The notes under the pieces: model-generated
Told to the model about the DNA's origin: nothing
Database searches by the model: none
What the model saw: the letters and a program-made list of their open reading frames with translations, nothing else
Translations under genes and position numbers: made by a program
DNA from: Octopus vulgaris
Lineage: Eukaryota
Direction of reading: 5' to 3'
Assembly (NCBI GenBank): GCA_951406725.2
Contig: OX597819.1
Location: 12,400,001 to 12,464,000 of the forward strand
DNA length: 64,000 nt
In this document: in pieces, positions 38,151 through 48,936 of the stretch
Layout of the letters: each line of letters begins with the position of its first letter
How positions within the stretch are numbered: the stretch's first letter is position 1

Positions 38151-40487
38151 ACTGGCATAGGAGCCAGTCAGGCAGCACTGGCAACCATCATGCATGAATG
38201 GTGTTTTATTACGTACCACCAGCATGGGACTAGTCAGGTGGCACTGGCATCAACCACGTTTAAAGGGTGCTTTTTACGTCCCACTGGCACAGGAGCCAGT
38301 CATGCAGCACTGGCATCGACCACGCTTGAATTGTGCTTTTTATGTGCCACTGGCACATCTGAATGTCTGAGATGAACTGTTAATAAGATTACAAGGTTTT
38401 GGAATATTAACATCAGCTTCAGAAATGAATACATTTCTCTAATATTTACATTAGAGGGACAAGCACAGATCTCTATAGCAAGACACCTGTGCCTGTCCCT
38501 CTATTATAGTTTAACCTCTCAGCACCTTACCTGATGCGACTCCATCCTCACCCACTACTTAATCATGCAGGTCCCCACCCCTTCTGTAACTTACTTGGAA
38601 AGCTCACTAGTGTTGGCGTCATGAAAAATGCAGCACCTCATACAAACTGTAAGGTGGTTGGCATTAGGAAGGGCATCCAGCCATAGAAAACACACCAAAG
38701 CTGACACTAGAACTCAGCACAGTCTTTTCAGATATTGGATTCAATCAAACTGTCTGACCCATGCCAGCATGGGAAAATGAACGTTAAATGATGATGGGTT
38801 TCAGTCAGTTTGATCACCAACCAAAAAGTAGTTTAGATTCAAGTAAAAAGACATTTTCAAGATGAGTACTTCTATGCTCAGTCTAAACGCTGGAGAAACA
38901 ATGACAACTATGGCAGCTGTGTTTGAACTGAAAATGAAGAGAGATGTAACTGAAGGGCATTTGGTTCGAGACACATTTGTTCTTCAGTTCAAATTCCATT
39001 TCTGTTTGCTGACTTTAATATTTACTGGAGGACCAAGGAAGTGCCAGCCTTTCCTTAAAAGTTCATAATTTTGGAAATTGCTGTTAATGGAATGGTTTTA
39101 ATCATCCAAAGTGGTACAAATAAGTGAAAACCTGGAGACTATTTATTCAATATGGTGCCATCTTGTCTAGACCTGATTATATCAAATTGATTTCTAATTT
39201 GTTGACATGTTCAGAGACATTAAACGGTTACTAATGGAATTATTCTGAAAGTATGTCAGTGTGAATGTGTGATTATAAAGAAACCATTCTATAGAAGTAT
39301 TCTTTATTAATGTTTGAGGGCTATAGAATGGTAGCAAGCACTGAAATATTCTGTTCCCAATTTGAATAATATCAATTAACTCATACCTGTAATTTTCAAC
39401 TACACTCTAAAGTAGTGATTCTCAACTAGGATCCATATGAGATTTTGTTATTGAAATTTATGAGCAATCAACTGGTTATATTTTTACAAAACACAAAGTA
39501 TTTTGACAATCTGTTTTGTATACAATTCCTAATATTTAATTACAAAAATATACTCTTTTACTTGTTTCAGTCATTTCACTGTGGCCATGCTGGAGCATCG
39601 CCTTTAGTTGAGCAAATCGACCCCAGGACTTATTCTTTGTAAGCCTTGTACTTATTCTATCGATCTCTTTTGCTGAACCGCTAAGTTACGGGGACGTAAA
39701 CACACCAGCATCGGTTGTCAAGCGATGTTGGGGGACAAACAAACATACATACATATGATGGGCTTCTTTCAGTTTCCTTTGATTGAGGGCTGGAGAACCA
39801 GCGGCTGCACCAGGATCCAATCTAATCAGGCAATGTTTCTACAGCTGGATGCCCTTCCTAATGTCAACCACTCCAAGAGTGTAGTAGGTGCTTTTTACAT
39901 TCCACTGGTACAGGAGCCAGTCAGGCGGGCTTGGCATGATAAAACATTTCTGAAACTCTTGCGATATTTTCAGTTAATCCATTGTGTTTTTACTGACATC
40001 AATGGAGAAGGAACATAAAAAATTATGTAATTTTCATAATTAAAAGTTTAAAAGCAAAATGCTAAGAGGGTGAAGAGTAATTAAAAAGCATCAACATTGA
40101 ATCTGCATTTTCAACATATTTTATAGAAATATAGAATAGAACTTTTAATTCTTCATGTTTCAGTTCAGATAGAGTTGTTAGAAGTAGGTCCATGATTTTC
40201 TAAGGAATGGAACCTATAACATATCGATGTCTACTTCTGATTATCTCAGGTCAAACAACTAGTTATTTCTTAAATGTAGCAGGTGACAATGAATGTTTAT
40301 CTTGAAAAAAGACAGACTTCAAGATTCCCAGGTTATTCTTTAGAGATGTCTTCAATTTTATTTCAGAGCTGAGTTTAAATTGCATTAAAACAAAGTTTTA
40401 TGTGTAATTTTTTCTAAAAGAAGTGTTAAAAATGGAAAAAAAAAAAGAAAAAAAAAGCAGACACAAGAAGTAAGTAAATATAAAGCA

Positions 40488-40493
40488 TTTAAT
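40488..40493 (-). terminator. Candidate SELENOM poly(A) signal ATTAAA
   Basis: About 120 nt 3' of the SECIS and followed by a U/GU-rich tract. Confidence 0.5.
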
Positions 40494-40611
40494 AGACAAA
40501 TTCTTAAAAATTCATAAAGAATAAATTTTCTTTTTTTATGAAATTTTTTTCTTCGTTTTTGTTTTCAGTTGAATATTGTTTGTGTTGTTGTTTTCTAAAG
40601 TGTACTATCAA

Positions 40612-40695
40612 GCATGACAACTCAACAAGTGTAAGATATCAGTTCCAAACCAAAAATTTAAATTTGAAACGTCATAAGAGTTAAAGCTGTTACGC
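40612..40695 (-). promoter_or_regulatory. SECIS element (type I, AA apical loop) in the SELENOM 3' UTR
   Basis: ATGAC-GTTTCAAATT-TAAATTTTT-GGTTTGGAAC-TGAT: quartet UGAC/UGAU, fully paired 10-bp helix II (with G-U pairs), AAA 12 nt after ATGA; helix I GCGTAACAGCTT(T)AAC/GTTGAGTTGTCATGC. Confidence 0.88.
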
Positions 40696-41413
40696 ATGAC
40701 AGACAGTTTAGAAGTGATTCTAGACCTTTCACACAATCCACTTTCTCCCAGTCTCAGACAAACAGACAAGACAGGTAACCAGAACAGAAATGACATTCTT
40801 ATACCATATATTACACAGAAAAACAAAACTGGTTACAAGAATTAATGATTCGATTAGATTTGACGATAAATAGCTTTGTGGAGAATGGTGAAAAAAATGT
40901 CTCAACTTATTCAAAAGATTAATAAGTTTAATTAACTAAACCTAAAATATTTCTTAATTGGTCATGGAACTCCACCAAATATTATCAGTTAAAAATCTGT
41001 CTCAAGTCTTAGAATACTAATCCGCTATTTACTTATAATTCCCCAAGTCTCCGACAGAGATTAGACTGAAAATTCTCATTCTTTCTTATTCAATTTTAAC
41101 AATTTCTAATCTAGAATTATTTGATTGGCCCCTAAACCTGAAAAATCTACAACCTCCTCAAACTAAACTAAGTCTATTATAGACAAAAGAACAGAAAATT
41201 TCCATATCCTTATAGGATTCTTTCACTATCTCTTAATAAAACAAACAGATAGAGGTGTCAGTTTGAAAGACAATACTAAACATTTGTGAATAGGATAATG
41301 AATAGATTTGCTACACTAGTTGAAGAGAAACTATTTGAGTGAAAACCATTTCTGAAAGTGGAAAACATTGTCCAGATTGAGAGAGACACACGCACACATA
41401 CATATAAACTAGA

Positions 41414-41515
41414 TTATAAATCAGCATGGCTAGCTTTACTATCCTTTTTGATGAATCCATTGGCTTCCATCAGTTTATTGCAGTCATACTGAGTTAAGTC
41501 ACTGAGATTGATAGT
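41414..41515 (-). CDS. SELENOM: Selenoprotein M, last coding exon (TINLSDLTQYDCNKLMEANGFIKKDSKASHADL*)
   Basis: Acceptor TTTTTTTTTCCAG, phase 0; similar to SelM RIPLSEMTREEINALVQELGFYRK; ends in HADL then TAA. Confidence 0.92.
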   Translation of the reverse strand, partial: TINLSDLTQYDCNKLMEANGFIKKDSKASHADL

Positions 41516-41606
41516 CTGGAAAAAAAACAAAACAAAAAATATTCATTAAAATACATGAAAGGCAAGATTAAATTTGAAAAATTTAAATCTTCAAGAATGA
41601 TTTACA

Positions 41607-41817
41607 TATTTCTTTACTGCCCACAAGGGGCTAAACACAGAGAGGACAAACAAGGACAGACAAATGGATTAAGTGCATAACTGGTATTTATTTAATCGAC
41701 TCCGAAAGGATGAAAGGCAAAGTTGACCTCGGCGGAATTTGAACTCGGAACGTAACTGCAGATAAAATACCGCTAAGCATTTCGCCTGGCGTGCTAACGT
41801 TTCTGCCAGCTCGCCGC
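41607..41817 (-). mobile_element. Family C SINE with 18-bp TSD
   Basis: CTTCAAGAATGATTTACA at 41589-41606 and 41818-41835. Confidence 0.9.
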
Positions 41818-42565
41818 CTTCAAGAATGATTTACAACTCTTTAAACAATGATGACAATAATAATTCTTTCTACAATAGGCAGAAGACCTGAAATTTTAGT
41901 GGAGGGGTCTAGTTGATTATATTGACACCAATGCTTAATTGGTACTTAATTCACTGAGCCTGAAAGGATGGAAGACAAAAGTCAACTTCAGTAGCATTTG
42001 AACTCAGAATGTAAAGTGGAAAAAAAAGCTGCTGAACATGTTGTCTGGTATAATAATGGTTCTGCCAATTTGCTGTTTTAGTAATAATTTTTACAAATTG
42101 GGCCTCACGGAGGTGAGGTGGCTAAGTTCCTTTCGAGTGTTGGTCCTCACAGAGGCAATGACCAAGACCTTTGGCATTATGTCATGCTCAAGAAGACCCA
42201 TCAACCTGAGCAAAATCACAGTCGTGGCAGATACCAGTGTCATGGAAATGGTACCTGTGCCAGTGGCACGTAAAAGCATCCATTACACTCTCAGAGTGGT
42301 TGGCATTAGGAAGGGCATCCAGCCGTAGAAAACCATGCTAAATCAGACTGGAGCCTGGTGCAGCCCTCCAGTATGCCAGCCCAGTCAAACTGTCCAACCC
42401 ATGCCGGTATGGACAATGGACATTAAATGAAGACAATGATGGTGAATGGCACAAGGCCAACAATTTTAGTGGAAAGAGAGCAAGCTGATTATGTTGATCC
42501 CAGTGAATGGCAGGTACATTATTTTACTGACCCTGTAAGGGCAAAAGGCAAGGTATTTTTTGATG

Positions 42566-42905
42566 TTATTATTATTCAGGTCACTGCCTGGAATCAAATT
42601 CAGAATCTTGGGGTTAGTAGTCCACGGGTATATGGCGTAGTGGTTAAGAATGCGGGCTACTAACCCCAAGATTTCAAGTTCGATTCCAGGCAGTGAGCTG
42701 AATAATAATAATAATAATGATGATGATGATGACGATGATGATAATAATAACAACAACAACATCGAAAAATACCTTAGGAATGAGAACCCAGGTTTGAAAT
42801 TTCCCCAAGACACCCGATGAAGGCTGGAGGGTATATCAGCTGAAACGTTGTGTCAACAACAAACAAGATGAGGACAAATATCTGTCAAATGTAAATAATG
42901 TAAAT
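42566..42905 (+). mobile_element. tRNA-headed, hammerhead-containing repeat with inverted 5' duplication (Penelope-associated non-autonomous element)
   Basis: A box TGGCGTAGTGG 42633-42643, B box GTTCGATTCC 42678-42687, (AAT/GAT)n, hammerhead motif 42809-42854; 42566-42620 is an inverted copy of 42657-42711. Confidence 0.65.
42809..42854 (+). ncRNA. Minimal type-I hammerhead-ribozyme-like motif
   Basis: GACAC-CCGATGA-A-GGCTGG-agggtata-TCAGCT-GAAA-CG-TT-GTGTC; stem I is 5 bp perfect, stem II 6 bp with G-U pairs. Confidence 0.6.
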
Positions 42906-43054
42906 AAAAATAACTAGTAGTGTTGGCACTCTCTTGTTGCTCAAGTGACTGATCTGTAGAGAAACCTCGAACTAACCAACATTATTGTTCCCAAAATGTA
43001 ATATAAAATTAAAAAGATAGTAAAAGTAAACAAAAAGTATTCAAGTAGTCTTAC

Positions 43055-43133
43055 CTCTATTGTACTATCATTGTCATCAAGTAGATACAACTGTGGTTCT
43101 GCCCCGGGCACTGCCTTGAAAACAACATCTTCA
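43055..43133 (-). CDS. SELENOM: Selenoprotein M, internal exon (79 nt; (Y)EDVVFKAVPGAEPQLYLLDDNDSTIE)
   Basis: Acceptor CTTGTATCAG, donor GAG|GTAAGA; similar to SelM NLVMKHLPGADPELVLL...E; phases fit both neighbouring exons. Confidence 0.92.
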
Positions 43134-44016
43134 CTGATACAAGTTAAAGAAGACAAGTTTTATTCTTCTGACAAGAAAATAACACTTCTGACCTTGTACC
43201 ATCTTACATAGAATAAAAGAATAAATATGCAAGCACAGGAATGGCTGTGTGGTAAAAAGTTTGCTTCTTAACTATATGGTTCTGGGTTCAGTCTCACTGC
43301 GTGACACCTTGGACAAGTGTCTTCTACTATAGCCTCAGATTGACCAAAAGTCTGTGAGTGGATTTGCTAGATGGAAACTGAAAGAAGCCTGTAGTATAAG
43401 TGTGTGTGTGTCTTTGTGCCTGTGTTTCACCACCTCATCCTATGTCTTCCTGGGTTTACCTCTTCCACAGGTTCCTTCCTCTGTCAGGGTGTGGCACTTC
43501 CTCACACAGCAGTCTTCATCCATACTTTGATGCTTCTTATGAATATGACCTGGTGTTAGAACTCAAGTAGAGCAGTTGGGTAATAAACTGTGCTTGAGAA
43601 AACCTGTTGAGTCAAGTGAAATCATTGTCGTGGCCGATGCCAGTACCACCTGACCAGCACCTGTGCCAGTGGTTTGTAAAAAGCACCTTCCGAGCATGGT
43701 TGGTGTCAGTCCCATCGGACTGGCTCCCATGCCACTGGCATATAAAATGCACCATACGAATGTGATCGATGCCAATACTGCCAAACTAGCCCTCGTGATG
43801 CTGGCATGTAAAAAACACCCACTATATTCTCAGAATGGTTGGCGTTAGGAAAGGCATCTAGCTGTAGAAACCTTGCCAGATCAGATTGGAGCCAGGTGCA
43901 GCCTACTGGCTAGCCAATCCTCAGTCAAACCATCCAACACATGCCAGCATGGAGAGCAGACGTTGAATGATGATGATGATGATGATGAAAGGAATAGACA
44001 ATTATGTTATGAACTC

Positions 44017-44213
44017 CATTAGCTTACAGCTGTTTCTGCTATAAGATGTAAAGCACTCATAGTTGAGTGCTTGCGTATCACTCTATAGCTTCATCGGAGC
44101 TTCAAACATGAAGTGCACCTCCTGTTTGAAGATCCAATGGAACTATAGGGTGATACTCAAGCATTCAACTATGAATGCTTTACGTCTTTTACAGAAACAG
44201 CTGTAAGCTAATG
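44017..44213. repeat. Imperfect palindrome of about 197 bp
   Basis: CATTAGCTTACAGCTGTTTCTG/CAGAAACAGCTGTAAGCTAATG, with inner arms pairing to TTCAAACA/TGTTTGAA. Confidence 0.85.
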
Positions 44214-44322
44214 AAGCTCATTGAAATTCAGTGCATTGCAGTCCCTACTTTACAGGGAGTAATAGTAACTGCAAAACCTATTTGACAAGTAAAAAGAAAG
44301 AGAGAGCTTGATAAAAGGATAC

Positions 44323-44393
44323 TACAGCGGAAGGTCTTCGTATATGAAGCGTTTGATTTCAGGAAGTTTATTCAATTGTCATCCAGTGCAACT
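44323..44393 (-). CDS. SELENOM: Selenoprotein M, Sec-encoding exon (71 nt; SCTGUQLNKLPEIKRFIYEDLPL(Y))
   Basis: Acceptor TTTCTTTCATTTCAG, in-frame TGA at 44381-44379 in CxxU, donor TA|GTATCC; similar to SelM [24 protein letters not shown]. Confidence 0.93.
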
Positions 44394-44549
44394 CTGAAAT
44401 GAAAGAAAAATAAGAAATAGAATAGTGACATTTCGTGTGGAGAGAGAGTGGGGGGAGAAAGAGCATAGAATGGGAGGGGAAGGAGGAAGGACATAGAAGG
44501 AAAGGGTCGAAACAGCCAGTGATAAGAGCAAGAGTAGAAGAAAGGATAG

Positions 44550-45100
44550 GGAGAGTGGAGAAAGAAGGGGTGAGGCAAAGAGGAGAGTGGAGAAAGAAGG
44601 GGTGGGGCAAAGAGGAGAGTGGAGAAAGAAGGGGTGGGGCAAAGAGGAGAGTGGAGAAAGAAGGGGTGAGGCAAAGAGGAGAGTGGAGAAAGAAGGGGTG
44701 GGGCAAAGAGGAGAGTGTGAAAGAAGGGGTGGAGCAAAGAGGAGAGTGGAGAAAGAAGGATGGGGCAAAGAGGAGAGTGGAGAAAGAAGGATGGGGCAAA
44801 GAGGAGAGTGGAGAAAGAAGGGGTGGGGCAAAGAGGAGAGTGGAGAAAGAAGGGATGGGGCAAAGAGGAGAGTGGAGAAAGAAGGGATGGGGCAAAGAGG
44901 AGAGTGGAGAAAGAAAGGATGGGGCAAAGAGGAGTGTGAAAGAAGGGGTGGGGCAGAAAGGAGAGTGTGAAAGAAGGGGTGGAGCAAAGAGGAGAGTGTG
45001 AAAGAAGGAGTGGGGCAAAGAGGAGAGTGTGAAAGAAGGGGTGGGGCAAAGAGGAGAGTGTGAAAGAAGGGGGTGGGGCAAAGAGGAGAGTGGAGAAAGC
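44550..45100. repeat. About 30-bp purine-rich minisatellite
   Basis: GGGGCAAAGAGGAGAGTGGAGAAAGAAGGGGT-like units, about 18 copies. Confidence 0.95.
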
Positions 45101-45949
45101 AATGATGGAAAATTTGCAAGAAATGTTACAAGCACCAATTTGAGGCAGAAAGGAGTAACAGTTCCCCATGTCTTATCAGTATTATGAGAGACCATTTTAA
45201 ATTGGTGCTTATAACGAACAGTATTTGAGATTGAAAATCCTAGTCAATTTATTCAGCAAATGTAGAACTGCTGAATAGAATGTTTTAAAGAATTTTTTCT
45301 CTTTTTTATTACAGTTTTATAATAAAACAATGTCAAAACCAGTGTGCACACATGTACACATACACACGTGCTCACACACACACACAGTGCTCATTAAGTA
45401 TTCTGTCTTTCTACTGAAACAGTTGTGGACAAATACAACAGCAGAGCTAAACACAGATTTCAGTAACGGCAACACGGATCAATGTTGTTAAATGTCAACA
45501 GAATTTCACTCGATTCATCCATCATGTCACCAGGTGGTGTGAAATGCTACCCCCAATTACAGTATTCCATATTTGAACAAAGACAATTGACATTGTTCGT
45601 TTTAATGAAGAAATCAAGTTCAGACGAAGAACTAAGCTGCTGCCAAGCTATTATATTCTAACCTCACCAATTATCCGCTACTAGCTGACTACGCACCGGC
45701 AATAATGACAGCTAATTGTAGTATTTTATATATATAAATAAGGTACGTAATAATCACACATACAAACATTCACATACGTCCCTTGTACACACACACACAC
45801 ATACACACATATACTCATACAGAGTTGAAATGCTGATTTTTTTTTTCACCCCTTCCTTTCTCTCACTTCCTCTCAGTCAGGGCTATTACTCTCACTACTT
45901 CTCCTTCACTGAATTACTATTTACTCTTCTCCTTTGCGTGATTTTGGAC

Positions 45950-46026
<77 letters not shown>

Positions 46027-48702
46027 CAAATATATAAAAACACATTGCTTATTATTATATTAGGAGATTATTCCCTCTGTCATGAAACTCATTTCCTCTT
46101 AACTCAAACAATTTAAATAATAATGCTTTTTCTAAGCAAGCCAACATTTAACTTTCATATTTTAATTACTTTTATTCTTTCACAAAGGTTTCTTTGTATT
46201 GCAACAACTACTTTATCTGGTGGCTGATATTTTCTGTACCCTACTCTCCACAAATTGTGGTAACAACCTAGGCAAGAGCTACCATTGATCTAAGCTTCTT
46301 CCTTGCACCTTCATTGCAGAAGCAAACCCCTTATTTCCTAGCACCTTCAGACTGATAGCTCCCATAGTAACTTAACCCTTTAATATTCAGATTATTAGCT
46401 TAAATGTAATGTTTCCTTATTCATATTATTTTGAATTAATCATGCATTACATTGTAGTTTCACAATTTGGATGACCTGCTTCCATAGTTTTAGAAGGGCA
46501 TTGTAGGATAGACGTGAGAGGCTGGATCTGGCCAGTTTCAACATGAAACAGGTTAAATATTTTAGCCTGATATGGCTAGTTTGAATGCTAAAGGGTCAAT
46601 TCACTCCTTACGTGATGCATTGGTATAGCATCTGATACAGAAAGGGTGACAAAAAAAAATCCAGCAGTATATAAAAGGGGAAGGTTGGGGTTAACCCTTT
46701 AGTGTTTAAACCGGCTGTATCCGGCCCAAATATTCTACACATTTTATGCTCAAACTGGCCAGAACCAGGCATCTCACACCTACCCTGCAATGTCACTCCA
46801 AAAATAAGCAATTACATCTTTCAAATCTTGAAGCTACAAGATAATATCAGATAGATTTTTTTAAATGTGAATGAATAAGGATTACTTTTGACAAATTAAT
46901 CTGAACGCTAAAGGGTTAATCACATGGACAAGTGGTCCCTGCAAGTTGAATCTAAAGCAGTCTGTCTATGAGACCAGAAACCCTGAATAAAAACAGAAGG
47001 GGACACTTAACATGCTGTCCTGTTGTGAGCAGGGTAATTGATGCTCCCCATTCACATAATGGAATAAACCATACTTTGAAATGGCCCTACACCAGCACTA
47101 CGAACCCCTTACTGGAACCAACTGTTTTCAATATGATGAGGGAAGCAGATATCTCAAATTTAAACTTTGTAAATGGAAGAGAAAACTGGTATCAAACACC
47201 AAAGGAAGAAAAAAGAAGCTGTGCCAAATAGATGAGGCTCTATAGTTTTGTTGGAGACAAATCTAGAGTGAGGGTCAGAGTAAAATGTACCCAGAGCCCA
47301 CTGTGATATGATTCAGGTTAGTAAGAGCATCCGACTGTAAAAAAGTATCTCAAAAAGAAAAGGAATGAATGGGGGATAGAGAGACTCTGCATGTTGCAGG
47401 CATACAGATTCTGTGGGAGAAAGAAGGACCAAAAATAAACCCATTGATATAAGATAGAGGATTATTTACTCCTGTTGCAGACATCCCATCAGCCATCTTG
47501 TCTGTAAGGGCTTCTGGTCTCAGAATTGCCTCTAAACAATAGAATCTTGATTATTTCCTCCAATCCTCAGTAGAATTCTCTCAAACCCGCTTCCTTTCTA
47601 TGCTTAGCTACACCACAAACCACCATCCCCTATGTGGTTGCTCAACTCACTAAAGATAGCAGTCAAATCTTCAACAAATTCCATATTTTCATCATAAAAC
47701 TGGAAGGATGCATTTGGATAATGGAGTTTTAAATACATAATCAGGTCGGTTGTAAGTGAGCAAACCTCTGAGTAAAAGTATTCCCACCCATGACTACTCC
47801 CACTAAGCCAGGGATGGTTAATTGGGAATGCTTTTAGCCATAGGTCTGCTCTCAACCACAGCTGACCTGATGCTAAATGACAGTCACATTAAAAAAAAAA
47901 AAAACTTGGTTAGCTTCTAACACAGATGTTTACCATCTGTAAAAGTGAACTGAAAAATGACTTCTGTTTGAATGGAGGTCACCACAAAATACTGTTTACA
48001 AAGTAGTAGAAATAAAAATCTCCAAGATAAAAGAAAAAAAACAAACCCATTTTAATTGGTAAGATCAAGTGTTTAGACAAACAATGCTTAACTATTTCAG
48101 TTACTAATCTACTTAAGAAACAAATACAACAGTAATTTGGTGTTGGCAGAACAGCATGTAAACCATTTCTGTTCTTAATTAGCAGTTTGGCAATTCTATC
48201 AAATATTATTTTACTGGTTTCAGTTACTGGGTCAATTGTGACCATGCTGGGGAGCAGTCTTAACCCTTTAGTGTTCAGATTATTCTATCAAACATAATGC
48301 CTATTGATTCCCATTGATTTGAATTAATCATGAATTATCTCATATCTTTAAGATCTTGATGGTGTAATTACTTAATGTAGAATAACATTGTCCAGGGTGG
48401 GTGTGAGAGCCTGGATCTGGTCAGTTTGAACATAAAACAGATTAACTATTTTGGCCAGATATGGCCGGTTTAAATACTAAAGGGTTAAAGGACTTTGGTC
48501 AATTATGTTGACCACCTCCCTAATACTTTGATTGGTACAAGTTAAAAAGACAAAGCTGCCCTTGGCATAAATAAAGTGGTCCTCTGCCAATATTCATATG
48601 TCCAGCAAGCTTCTGAACATTGGTCAGCCAAATTTCACTAACACAGCTTTGGTTGACCATGAGATGATGGTTGCAAGCATGGTATTAATTTTACTATTAC
48701 AT

Positions 48703-48936
48703 AAGGCAGCGAGCTGGCAGAATTGTTAGCATGCTGGGCGAAATGCTCAGCGGTATTTCATCTGCCGTTATGTTGTGAGTTCAAATTCTGCCGAGGTCAA
48801 CTTTGCCTTTCATCCTTTCGGGGTCGATAAATTAAGTACTAGTTATGCACTGGGGATCGATGTAATCGACTTAATCCCTTTGTCTGTCCTTGTTTGTCCA
48901 CTCTGTATTTAGCCCCTTGTGGGTAGTAAAGAAATA
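48703..48936 (+). mobile_element. Family C SINE with TSD
   Basis: GGTATTAATTTTACTATTACAT at 48681-48702 and 48937-48958. Confidence 0.88.

Noticed and set aside
41033-41079. Second SECIS-like hairpin in the SELENOM 3' UTR (ATGA-13 nt-AA with a paired stem)
   Set aside because: The 3' side reads ATAA, lacking the GA needed for the kink-turn quartet.
44368-45195. Overlapping 250-275 aa ORFs
   Set aside because: Minisatellite translations; only the last codons (SCTG) belong to the real SELENOM exon.
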